The notes under the pieces were generated by a model that saw nothing but the letters and a program-made list of their open reading frames with translations, did no database searches and was not told where the DNA came from. A stretch of DNA of 64,000 bases from Hyphomicrobiaceae bacterium. Lineage in GTDB: Bacteria > Pseudomonadota > Alphaproteobacteria > Rhizobiales > Hyphomicrobiaceae. Shown piece by piece: positions 10,189 through 18,837 of this stretch; positions within the stretch are counted from its first letter, which is position 1, and each line of letters starts with the position of its first letter. Where the stretch lies: contig JALHOW010000010.1 in NCBI GenBank assembly GCA_022842785.1, positions 31,224-95,223 on the forward strand, written 5' to 3'. The position numbers and the translations under genes are program-made.

Positions 10189-10225
10189 CGGACGTGCGCC
10201 CTAAGGTGCGCGTCCGTTTTGCTTT
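10189..10225 (+). terminator. Rho-independent terminator after TPP enzyme gene
   Basis: 12-bp stem CGGACGTGCGCC/GGTGCGCGTCCG, loop CTAA, followed by TTTTGCTTT. Confidence 0.75.
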
Positions 10226-10401
10226 GGGGATTGGGGCGCCTGTCCATTGCCCAGCCTGCAATGTGGGTTGGTGGGCATGGCAATGACAATGCGGTTCGCT
10301 GGGGCGGTGGAATTGGTGCAGGTCGGCTCGGTTTCGGCGTCGGTGCAGTGTTCTCGGGCCTCCGATGCGGGAGGATGCCCGGCTCGTTTGCGGCCGCGTC
10401 A

Positions 10402-10430
10402 TTGACAATCGCCTGCCGCCCCCTTAACTG
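10402..10430 (+). promoter_or_regulatory. Sigma70-type promoter of tRNA-Leu
   Basis: TTGACA at 10402-10407 with TTAACT 16 nt downstream, just 5' of the tRNA. Confidence 0.6.
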
Positions 10431-10440
10431 AAGCCCGCCT

Positions 10441-10525
<85 letters not shown>

Positions 10526-10553
10526 TCCCTCAAGGCAACTGCGTGATAACCCA

Positions 10554-10566
10554 TAAGCAACTGATT
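10554..10566 (-). promoter_or_regulatory. IHF-like binding site inside left island end
   Basis: Minus strand AATCAGTTGCTTA matches WATCARNNNNTTR. Confidence 0.55.
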
Positions 10567-10591
10567 TGCTGCATGATCTAGCTCGCCCGGC

Positions 10592-10625
10592 TGTTATACA
10601 CGGGTGCTATACATGGGCGTTATCA
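10592..10625 (+). repeat. 13-bp-period imperfect direct repeats TGTTATACA / TGCTATACA / CGTTATCA, probable integrase arm-type sites
   Basis: Same 9-mer TGTTATACA recurs at 19960-19968 near attR. Confidence 0.6.
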
Positions 10626-12376
10626 GGATGGCACGGCCAACCCGCCGAAAAGGGTCGACATACATCCAATTCGACCGCCGGATTCCGAAGGCCGTCCTTG
10701 ATCGGGTGCGCGGCCAGAAGCTGCTCATTCCCGTGGGAACGGAGGTCGTCGAGAAGCGCATCTCGCCCTCCGCCATCCACCTGAAGCTGTCCCTCCGCAC
10801 CGACGACAAGGCCGAAGGGAAGCTGCGGCATGCGCAGATCGATGGATACTTGGAGCGCGTCTATGCGGGGCTGCTCACCGCTGTACCGGTCAAGCTCACT
10901 CACCGCGAATGTGTGGCCATAGCAGGGGTATTCTACCGAGGCTGGGCCAATGAGGCCACTGACCGAGGGACTGCTACCGTCACTGAGCTGGACGAGGACG
11001 GCAACTGGGTGACGACCACGGTCGAAGGCGGGCTGATTGATGCCGGTTATGAGCCGGACGATTTGGCCGCTATCTATGGCACCGTCTCTGGACAGATGTC
11101 GGCCGCAAAAGACCCGATCGATCCCGATGGGAAGGAACTCTCGGCGCTCGTGGCACGATGGCTTCTCGGCATCAGCCTTGTCATCGACGAAGCATCTATG
11201 AAGATCGTTGTTGGTGAGGTCAGGAAGGCGATTGCGGATGCGTTCGCCACCAAGCAGAGGAACGCTCTAGGCGACTATAGTCCCGATCCGAAGGCCGATC
11301 GCTTCCCGCCCATATCCGAGGTTTCTGAGAAGCACTCCCGGAAGCCTGCGACTGTGACACGGGGCAAGTCAGAGCCATTGACGCTCACAGAGCTGTTCAC
11401 GCGATGGAAGGACAGTCCCGATCAGCGCGGAGATGCCAAGAGCCCAGGCATAGCGCAGAGCACTATCGCGAGCTATTCGACTGTCTTCCGTCAGCTCGGC
11501 GAGTTCCTGAAGCATGAAGAGGTGCGGCGGATCACTCGGGACGATATCGAGGGCTTCCTCAAGAAGAGGCGGGAGGACGGGATCGCGCAGAAGACGGTCG
11601 TCGGCGTTGATCGAGCTGCCATCCGTTCCATCTTCAAGTGGGCAGCCGAGAACAGGATCATTCAGGACAACCCGGCGGCGACACTGTGGAAGCCCAAGGC
11701 GCGCAAGAAGGCGAGGACGCGGGGAGATAAGGTCTTCACCGAGGACGAGTGCGTTGCCATCCTCAAACATGCGTCGGGCTATCAGCCTCGGAGCAATCGA
11801 GAGGACAGGAAGCTGATAGCGGCCAAGCGCTGGGTGCCATGGCTGATGGCCTACTCAGGGCTGCGTGTCGGTGAGGTTGCTCAGCTTCGCAAGAAGGACA
11901 TCGAAGAACACCATGGGCATTGGGCTATGGCGATCGACTTCAATGCCGGCACCACCAAGAGCAAAGGGACGTGGCATGTACCTTTGCATTCTCACCTGAT
12001 CGATCTCGGCTTCCTCGATTTCGTGAAGCGTGCCCGCGATGGGTACTTATTCATCGATCCGACACCCGAGCGATACAAGGCGGAGGCTCCGGAAAGCCGA
12101 ACGAAGGATGAGCGCGGGATACTAGGCCCGCTGAAGACGCTTCAGAATGACCTTGCTGAGTTTGCCAGAGAGGTCGTCAAGCGTGAATCCGTGCCCCCCA
12201 ATCATGGCTGGCGCCACACGTTCATCTCCATGTGCCGGACGGTCGGTATAGACCCCGAGACGCAACGCGCCTTCCACGATCACGCGGGCGAGACGGTATC
12301 CGAGTCCGAGTACGGCGTGTTCTATCCTGCGATGATCGAGGTGCTGAAGAAGATACCGAGGTATGAAGTCAAATAG
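10604..12376 (+). CDS. Tyrosine recombinase/integrase with DUF6538-like N-terminus (start may be ATG 10628, MARPTRRKGS)
   Basis: Catalytic set GLRVGE (R), TTKSK (K), HGWRH (HxxR), FHDHA (H), SEYG (Y); adjacent to tRNA att. Confidence 0.92.
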   Translation: MLYMGVIRMARPTRRKGSTYIQFDRRIPKAVLDRVRGQKLLIPVGTEVVEKRISPSAIHLKLSLRTDDKAEGKLRHAQIDGYLERVYAGLLTAVPVKLTHRECVAIAGVFYRGWANEATDRGTATVTELDEDGNWVTTTVEGGLIDAGYEPDDLAAIYGTVSGQMSAAKDPIDPDGKELSALVARWLLGISLVIDEASMKIVVGEVRKAIADAFATKQRNALGDYSPDPKADRFPPISEVSEKHSRKPATVTRGKSEPLTLTELFTRWKDSPDQRGDAKSPGIAQSTIASYSTVFRQLGEFLKHEEVRRITRDDIEGFLKKRREDGIAQKTVVGVDRAAIRSIFKWAAENRIIQDNPAATLWKPKARKKARTRGDKVFTEDECVAILKHASGYQPRSNREDRKLIAAKRWVPWLMAYSGLRVGEVAQLRKKDIEEHHGHWAMAIDFNAGTTKSKGTWHVPLHSHLIDLGFLDFVKRARDGYLFIDPTPERYKAEAPESRTKDERGILGPLKTLQNDLAEFAREVVKRESVPPNHGWRHTFISMCRTVGIDPETQRAFHDHAGETVSESEYGVFYPAMIEVLKKIPRYEVK

Positions 12377-13100
12377 AACCTGTGGTTCCGGGCGCCTCCA
12401 GCGGTTCAGGATTCCCTGTCCTGTACTGGAAGGTCAACATCGGAGCTGATGCCGGCCGATACTGATACCTTCCACCGCCTTCGAACTCGATTGCTTCAGA
12501 CCATCGCTGCATTACGCCGTCGAGGACCCGAATGCGGCTCACGAGATCATCCAAGTCCAGATTGATGTCGCGCGCAGACAGCACGAAGCTCTGCGTAAAG
12601 CACAGCAACTGAGTATCCAGGACGAGCCCTGTTGCGGAGTGGCGCAGTCTTGAACTTGCAGCCATAACTGTCGCGTACCTCAAGGGCGCTTTGTCGCTTG
12701 CCCAGGAGATGGCGCCCCAAAGTGGCGGCTGCGAAGGACTGAGCTTTCCAACTTCTGCGTTGATGTGCTGGATGTAGTGGCGCAGGTCCTCGACGGTCGC
12801 TGTCGCCTTGATGAATGTGACGAAAGCAGGCTCCTGTCGCTTCACTACAGGGAACTGCCTGAGCAACATGCGAATGCGGTGCGCTGCATCGATGATCGAC
12901 CACACGTCGGCAACTACCTCAATAACCTCAGCTTCAGCCGGCCCTACCTCTGGGTGCTCTTCGAACGTCCGCAGCTTCCTGAGCGCCCTCTTATGGCACA
13001 TATCGGCAATCGCGCAGGAGTAGCGTACACCGTCTAGGCTCAGCAGCAGCCGACGCACTCGATCTGCATCGATCCCGATTCGCTGTGGTCTGTCGGTCAT
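12369..13100 (-). CDS. Hypothetical protein, putative HEPN-family nuclease (RHYIQH)
   Basis: Helical region DVWSIIDAAHRIRMLL followed by EDLRHYIQH (RxxxxH); GAGGAT RBS before ATG 13100. Confidence 0.55.
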   Translation of the reverse strand: MTDRPQRIGIDADRVRRLLLSLDGVRYSCAIADMCHKRALRKLRTFEEHPEVGPAEAEVIEVVADVWSIIDAAHRIRMLLRQFPVVKRQEPAFVTFIKATATVEDLRHYIQHINAEVGKLSPSQPPLWGAISWASDKAPLRYATVMAASSRLRHSATGLVLDTQLLCFTQSFVLSARDINLDLDDLVSRIRVLDGVMQRWSEAIEFEGGGRYQYRPASAPMLTFQYRTGNPEPLEAPGTTGSI

Positions 13101-13288
13101 GGCGTTTATCCTCACGGAGCTGTTCGCCACAAGTCGTGCGCCGATTCGATATTCTCCTACAGTTGCTCCGCTGATGGTGTGTCGTTGGATTGACATGTCA
13201 TGTGGGATGCGTGATCCGGAAGAGAGGACGCCTATTGCCTCCAGCCGAATCGAACTACCGTTCAGCGCTTTGGCATTGAGGCAACGTG

Positions 13289-14017
13289 ATGACCGCGAAC
13301 GAGGGGTTTGGGGTCGCCTTCCAATTCGAGGGCTTGCTGGCTGACGTTGCGGGGCTTGATGGTTCCGATCACGAGGCCGCGACTCAAGCGGCGCGGCGTC
13401 TCCTTGCTCTTCACTCTCAAGTGTTTCTCACAGGGAAGGTACCGAGGGCAGCCCTTTCTGAAGGTGATGGGTACCATGTGATCCACGTTGCAAGCCGCCA
13501 AGGCTCTCACGTCGATCTTTGGCAGATTCTCGTTACAAATCCGAACCCCTGGCTGGTCACTGTCGCCGGAGGCCTGGGCTTTTTCCTCTTTGAGGATGAG
13601 ATCAAGCTAGCCGTAAAGAAGGCCAAACGCTTTCTGAGGAACAGCGTGAGGACTACCCTTCGAAGCCGGCCGTATCAGCCGCCAGAGATACCGCTAGCTC
13701 AACCCGTGCTGCAGGCCTTGAGCGGGAACAATGCGCCGATCGTCGATGTGGAGATCGAGGCAGCATACGAACGCGAGCGCCTACGCGATGTCACGGTGCA
13801 TATTCTCTCGGACCTTGCACGCCCCATTGGACGCAGCGCGCACACTCTGACGATCATTGTGGATGGCGAGCGCATCGCCACCATCGATGGAGCACTGAAG
13901 AGCCGACTGGTCAGGGAGCGAGAGGAGGCCTCTGCAAGGCAGCTTCGCCTAGATGAAGAGATCGCTGATGCATTGCGACCGTTGAGGGCGACGCGCGCTA
14001 GTAGAAACGCAGCGTAG
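13289..14017 (+). CDS. Hypothetical mobile-element protein, DUF7946-like
   Basis: F.FEG..AD...LD..D...A.Q...RLL..H...F.TGKV...LARPIGRSA.TLTI recalls DUF7946 from memory; GAGG RBS. Confidence 0.5.
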   Translation: MTANEGFGVAFQFEGLLADVAGLDGSDHEAATQAARRLLALHSQVFLTGKVPRAALSEGDGYHVIHVASRQGSHVDLWQILVTNPNPWLVTVAGGLGFFLFEDEIKLAVKKAKRFLRNSVRTTLRSRPYQPPEIPLAQPVLQALSGNNAPIVDVEIEAAYERERLRDVTVHILSDLARPIGRSAHTLTIIVDGERIATIDGALKSRLVREREEASARQLRLDEEIADALRPLRATRASRNAA

Positions 14018-14052
14018 CTATTGATCTTTTCGATCGGGCTGACGAGAGAATT

Positions 14053-15111
14053 CTAGATCAGCTCCGCACCGCTATCGCGCTTCACTGCAGCACCAGCCTC
14101 ATACCAGGGCTTCGTCGCGTTCACGATCTTCACGACGCTCAGCATCACGGGCACCTCGATGAGGACTCCGACGACCGTGGCCAGCGCGGCGCCGGAGTTG
14201 AGGCCGAACAGTCCGATCGCTGCCGCGACCGCAAGCTCGAAGAAGTTGCTTGCCCCGATCAGGGCAGAGGGGGCCGCCACGCAGTGAGCCTCGCCAGTCC
14301 AGCGATTGAGCACGTAGGCGAGGCCCGCGTTGAAGTAGACCTGAATGAGGATCGGCACGGCGAGGAGCGCGATCACCAGCGGCTGAGCAAGGATCTGTGG
14401 ACCTTGGAATGCGAACAGCAGCACGAGGGTCGCCAGCAATGCCATGAGCGAGAGAGGCTGCACCGCAGTGAGTAGTCTCGCCAGCCCTACTTCCCCTGCT
14501 CGCGACAGCGTCACTCGCCGGATGAGCTGGGCGAGGACGACCGGCACGACGATGTAGAGAACGACCGAGAGAATGAGCGTCTGCCACGGCACCACGATCG
14601 CTGAGAGGCCCAACAGCAGGGCGACGATGGGCGCGAAGGCGAAGATCATGATCACGTCATTGAGCGCAACTTGGCTCAGTGTGAAGTGCGGCTCACCGTC
14701 AGAGAGGTTGCTCCACACGAACACCATGGCGGTGCACGGCGCGGCGGCAAGCAGGATGAGCCCCGCAATGTAGCTGCTGACTTGATCAGGAGGCAGCAGT
14801 GGACGGAAGAGCCATGCAATGAAGATCCACCCTAGCAGGGCCATCGAGAACGGCTTCACAGCCCAGTTGATGAAGAGCGTTACGCCAATGCCGCGCCAGT
14901 GCTCCGTGACGCGCAGCAGCGCCCCGAAGTCGATCTTGACGAGCATTGGGATGATCATCAGCCAAATCAGCAGGGCTACTGGCAGATTGACACTGGCGAT
15001 CTCGGCCGCGGCGATCGCCTGGAAGAGGCCCGGCGCCAGCCATCCGATGGCAATGCCTGCCACGATGCATAGAGCGACCCAGAGGGTCAGATAACGTTCA
15101 AAGGTGGACAT
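14053..15111 (-). CDS. acr3: ACR3 family arsenite efflux transporter
   Basis: MSTFERYLTLWV, LIWLMIIPML, AAPCTAMVFVWS, GASNFFELAVA, GVLIEVPVML. Confidence 0.95.
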   Translation of the reverse strand: MSTFERYLTLWVALCIVAGIAIGWLAPGLFQAIAAAEIASVNLPVALLIWLMIIPMLVKIDFGALLRVTEHWRGIGVTLFINWAVKPFSMALLGWIFIAWLFRPLLPPDQVSSYIAGLILLAAAPCTAMVFVWSNLSDGEPHFTLSQVALNDVIMIFAFAPIVALLLGLSAIVVPWQTLILSVVLYIVVPVVLAQLIRRVTLSRAGEVGLARLLTAVQPLSLMALLATLVLLFAFQGPQILAQPLVIALLAVPILIQVYFNAGLAYVLNRWTGEAHCVAAPSALIGASNFFELAVAAAIGLFGLNSGAALATVVGVLIEVPVMLSVVKIVNATKPWYEAGAAVKRDSGAELI

Positions 15112-15153
15112 GATCGGTCGCCGGTAACTGGGTTGAGTGGTCGGTATTGCTGA

Positions 15154-15681
15154 TCAGCCAGCTTTCCCGCGGGGCACCGTGCTTCCCTCCATGGCCCCGA
15201 TTTCCTTCAGGCGTGTGCCGAGCGCCATACGGTCGATGCTCTGGAGGGGCAGCGCGACGAAGGCGCCGATGCGGTTGCGCAGGAAGCGGAAAGCCTTCTC
15301 GAAGGCCCGCTCCTTCTCGATATCGCTGCCTTCGACGGTCGCGGGGTCCTCAATGCCCCAGTGCGCGGTGATGGGCTGCCCGGGCCAGAGTGGGCAAGCC
15401 TCGCCCGCAGCCTGATCACAGACCGTGAAGACGAAGTCCATCTTGGGTGCACCGGCTTCGGCGAACTCGCTCCAGCTCTTCGAGCGGAGACCGTCGAGCG
15501 GGTACTCGTGGGCAGCCAACGTCTTGATGGCGAAAGGATTGACCTCGCCCTTCGGCATGCTTCCCGCCGAGAACGCTTGGAAGCGCCCCGCGCCTTCTCT
15601 GCGCAGTATCGCCTCGGCAAGGATGGATCTCGCGCTGTTGCCAGTGCAGAGGAACAGCACGTTGTAGGTCGCGGTGCTCAT
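15154..15681 (-). CDS. arsC: Arsenate reductase, LMW-PTP type
   Basis: VLFLCTGNSARSILAE, FTVCD.AAGEACP.WPGQP.TAHWG..DP. Confidence 0.92.
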   Translation of the reverse strand: MSTATYNVLFLCTGNSARSILAEAILRREGAGRFQAFSAGSMPKGEVNPFAIKTLAAHEYPLDGLRSKSWSEFAEAGAPKMDFVFTVCDQAAGEACPLWPGQPITAHWGIEDPATVEGSDIEKERAFEKAFRFLRNRIGAFVALPLQSIDRMALGTRLKEIGAMEGSTVPRGKAG

Positions 15682-15703
15682 TGGCCGACTCGGCTTCGTA
15701 GGG

Positions 15704-15752
15704 GTTGACTCTTATTTCGATACTATTAGAAATACCGTTTCTATCGGTCAAC
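15704..15752. promoter_or_regulatory. Divergent ars promoter/ArsR operator region
   Basis: TTGAC on each strand (15705 +, 15751 -) flanking inverted repeats TATTTCGA-n6-TAGAAATA and TAGAAA-n5-TTTCTA. Confidence 0.65.
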
Positions 15753-15772
15753 AACTTTGATATGACAGTTCC

Positions 15773-16093
15773 ATGAAACTCGATGATGCAGCGGCCCACC
15801 TGGAGGCCCTCGGTAATCCGACGCGGCTCAAGATCTTTCGAGCGCTCGTTCGGGCTGGAGACAACGGGCTGAGCGTCGGCAAGCTACAAACCCGCCTGGA
15901 CATCGCCGCCTCGACCCTCTCGCATCACTTGAAGACGTTGCTTGTGGTCGGCCTCATCACGCAGGAGCGGCAGTCAACAACTCTGATCTGCCGCGCGAGC
16001 TACGACTTGATGCGAGGTCTGGTCGATTTCCTCGTCGATGAGTGCTGTGTCGAGTCCACTGGCACACTGTGTGTCACTAAGTCGGCCTGCTGA
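15773..16093 (+). CDS. arsR: ArsR/SmtB repressor with C-terminal Cys cluster
   Basis: LEALGNPTRLKIFRALVRAG, STLSHHL, FLVDECC...C.....C. Confidence 0.9.
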   Translation: MKLDDAAAHLEALGNPTRLKIFRALVRAGDNGLSVGKLQTRLDIAASTLSHHLKTLLVVGLITQERQSTTLICRASYDLMRGLVDFLVDECCVESTGTLCVTKSAC

Positions 16094-16128
16094 CAGAGAC
16101 GGAAACAGCCATCCGAAGGGAAGCCTCA

Positions 16129-17472
16129 ATGAGCAAGACCGTCGCGATCGTTGGGGCTGGCCCCGTGGGTTTGGCCGCTGCCGCACACGCCCTGGAGCGG
16201 GGCCTGGAGCCGATCGTTCTGGAGGCCGGAGACGCTGCGGGTGATGCCGTGCGCCAGTGGAGCCACGTCCGCATGTTCTCTCCATGGGAGTACAACATCG
16301 ACAAGGCTGCGGCTCGAATGCTGGCCAGAGCCGGCTGGAACACGCCCGATCCGCAAGGCTACCCGACGGGTGGCGAGCTGGTGTCTCGCTACGTCGCCCC
16401 ACTTGCGACTCGAACCGCATTGCGCGGACACATCCGCACGTCAGCACGTGTGACCTCGATCGGCCGTGTGGGCTTCGACAAGGCGAAGTCAAAGGGCCGC
16501 GAGGCGGCGCCGTTCGAGATCCGTTATCGCAACGGCAAGGGACCGGAGCGCCTTATTGCCGACGCCGTGATCGATGCGTCGGGGACGTGGCACTCGCCCA
16601 ATCCGGCGGGTGACAACGGGCTTGCCGCATTCGGCGAACTCGAGTGCGCTGAGCGTCTGGCCTACGGGATGCCGGATGTGTTGGGGCGCCAGCGCGATCG
16701 GTACGCTGGCAAGAGAGTGGCGGTGCTCGGCGCTGGGCATTCGGCCATCGGGACGCTCATCGATCTCGTGAAGCTCAAGGAGGCCGCAGAAGGGACGGAG
16801 GTTCTTTGGCTGATCCGTGGCCCTGATCCTCGTAAATCTTTCGGCGGCGGTGCCAACGACAAGCTCTCGGCGCGAGGCGAACTTGGCACGACATTCGCCC
16901 GGCTCGTCAACGCAGGGACTATCCGCGTCGAGACCGGATTTCACGTAACGCATGTAGGTCTCGCGAACGATCGCCTGCGCATTGGGGCCGGATCTGCTTG
17001 CTGTGGCCGACACGTGATCGCCGATGAGCTGATCGTCTTGACGGGTTTCAGGCCGGACATGTCGTATCTGGCAGAGTTGCGCCTCGGTCTCGACGCGGCA
17101 CTCGACTGCCCCACGGCACTGGCTCCTCTCATCGATCCCAACGAGCATAGCTGCGGCACGGTTCGTCCACATGGGGCTCGCGAACTCGCGCATCCCGAGG
17201 CTGGCTTCTACATCGCTGGCATGAAGTCCTATGGACGTGCGCCGACCTTTCTCATGCTGACCGGGTATGAGCAGGTGCGGTCGATCATTGCAGACATCGC
17301 CGGTGACAAGGAGGCTGCACGGCGCGTCGAGCTGGTCCTGCCCGAAACAGGAGTCTGTTCGCGCGAGCCGCTTTCGGAGGCGTCAGGCTGCTGCGCTACG
17401 CCGACCACGAACGAGACTTCAGCTTGCTGCGCAACCGCGCCAACCAAGAAGTCCGCGACTTGCTGCGGCTGA
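16129..17472 (+). CDS. Flavin-dependent monooxygenase of ars clusters (ArsV-like by inference) with Cys-rich tail
   Basis: GAGPVG (FAD), GAGHSA (NADPH), DASGTW, GMKSYGRAPTFL..TGYEQVRS; tail with three CC pairs. Confidence 0.8.
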   Translation: MSKTVAIVGAGPVGLAAAAHALERGLEPIVLEAGDAAGDAVRQWSHVRMFSPWEYNIDKAAARMLARAGWNTPDPQGYPTGGELVSRYVAPLATRTALRGHIRTSARVTSIGRVGFDKAKSKGREAAPFEIRYRNGKGPERLIADAVIDASGTWHSPNPAGDNGLAAFGELECAERLAYGMPDVLGRQRDRYAGKRVAVLGAGHSAIGTLIDLVKLKEAAEGTEVLWLIRGPDPRKSFGGGANDKLSARGELGTTFARLVNAGTIRVETGFHVTHVGLANDRLRIGAGSACCGRHVIADELIVLTGFRPDMSYLAELRLGLDAALDCPTALAPLIDPNEHSCGTVRPHGARELAHPEAGFYIAGMKSYGRAPTFLMLTGYEQVRSIIADIAGDKEAARRVELVLPETGVCSREPLSEASGCCATPTTNETSACCATAPTKKSATCCG

Positions 17473-17501
17473 TCCTGTCGTAGCGACCATCAGGGGGAAG
17501 C

Positions 17502-18749
17502 ATGGACGGGTCTGGTGAGATCGACCGCACGGCGGCCCGCCGTCTGGTGGCGTTGGTCTGTACCGCGCAAGTGCTTGTGCAGATCGGGGCGTTCTTCTGG
17601 CCCGCTCTGCTGCCTCAGTTGGCCCCGCAGTGGGGCCTCTCGAACAGTGGCGCTGGCTGGATCACAGCGGCCTTCTACGGCGCCTACATGCTGGCGGTGC
17701 CGGTGCTGGTGCCGCTCACCGACCGCTATGACCCCAAGCGCATTTATCTGCTCGGCGTGGGCCTCACGATCGTCGGCCACGCCATGTTCGGGCTCATGGC
17801 GGACGGCTTCTGGTCGGCGCTGCTGTGCCGCGCTCTGACCGGGATTGGATGGGCTGGCACCTACATGACGGGTCTCAAGCTGCTTGCCGATCGCGTCGAT
17901 GCAAAGATGATGTCGCGGGCAACTGCGGGACATGCAGCCAGCATCGGGATCTCCGGTGCGATGTCCTTTGCGACGGCCGAATGGATCACGCATCTCGGTG
18001 GCTGGCAGAGCGCCTTTGTTGCAGCGGCCCTCAGCGCCGTTCTCGCGTGGTTGATCATCGCCACTGTGGTGCCCGCTCAGGTTCGCAAGCCAGCCCGCGC
18101 GGCGGATGGCGGCGGGCTTTACGACTTCCGCCCTGTCCTGAAGAACCGCTCGGCAATGGCCTACGCGCTCGCTTACTGCGTTCATACGCTGGAGATGAGC
18201 GCCCTACGTGGTTGGGGCGTGGCGTTTCTCGCTTATGTCGCCGCCACTACCGGTAGCCAGGGAGCAGCGATCTCACCTGCCGTGCTCGTTACTGGGCTGG
18301 GGCTCATCGGGACCTTCGCGAGCCTCCTCGGAAACGAGGCGGCCATTCGACTGGGGAGACGGCGTCTCGTGCAAACCGCCATGTTCGCCTCCGTTGTGCT
18401 CGGCGGCACGATCGGCTTCCTTGGCACGTACTCGTACACGGTCGCCGCGATCCTCATGCTGGTCTACGGCTTGGTGATCTGGCTCGACTCCTCGTCGCTG
18501 ACGGCCGGTGCCGCCGGTACAGCAGAACCGTCGCGGCGTGGCGCAACCCTCGCGGTGCACTCGTCTCTCGGGTATGCGGGAGGCTTTGTCGGTCCGCTCA
18601 TGATGGGCTGGACGCTCGATCTCAGTGGCGGGATGTCCACCCTGGGTTGGGGCGTTTCTTTCGCCGCGGTCTCGGCGCTGATGCTGCTCGCGTTGATCGC
18701 GTTCTGGTGGATACGACCTAGGGAGCTTGCTGGCGACCGAGGGAGCTGA
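17502..18749 (+). CDS. MFS transporter in arsR operon
   Basis: About 12 hydrophobic segments; loop motif LTDRYDPKRIY; 29-bp gap after the monooxygenase. Confidence 0.88.
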   Translation: MDGSGEIDRTAARRLVALVCTAQVLVQIGAFFWPALLPQLAPQWGLSNSGAGWITAAFYGAYMLAVPVLVPLTDRYDPKRIYLLGVGLTIVGHAMFGLMADGFWSALLCRALTGIGWAGTYMTGLKLLADRVDAKMMSRATAGHAASIGISGAMSFATAEWITHLGGWQSAFVAAALSAVLAWLIIATVVPAQVRKPARAADGGGLYDFRPVLKNRSAMAYALAYCVHTLEMSALRGWGVAFLAYVAATTGSQGAAISPAVLVTGLGLIGTFASLLGNEAAIRLGRRRLVQTAMFASVVLGGTIGFLGTYSYTVAAILMLVYGLVIWLDSSSLTAGAAGTAEPSRRGATLAVHSSLGYAGGFVGPLMMGWTLDLSGGMSTLGWGVSFAAVSALMLLALIAFWWIRPRELAGDRGS

Positions 18750-18837
18750 GCGTGGCGCTTGTTGAGGCGGCGAATTGTCGAAGTTGTTGCGGCCACGAGA
18801 GGCGAGAGAAGCCTCCGGAGCATTCGATCTGCCTCGG

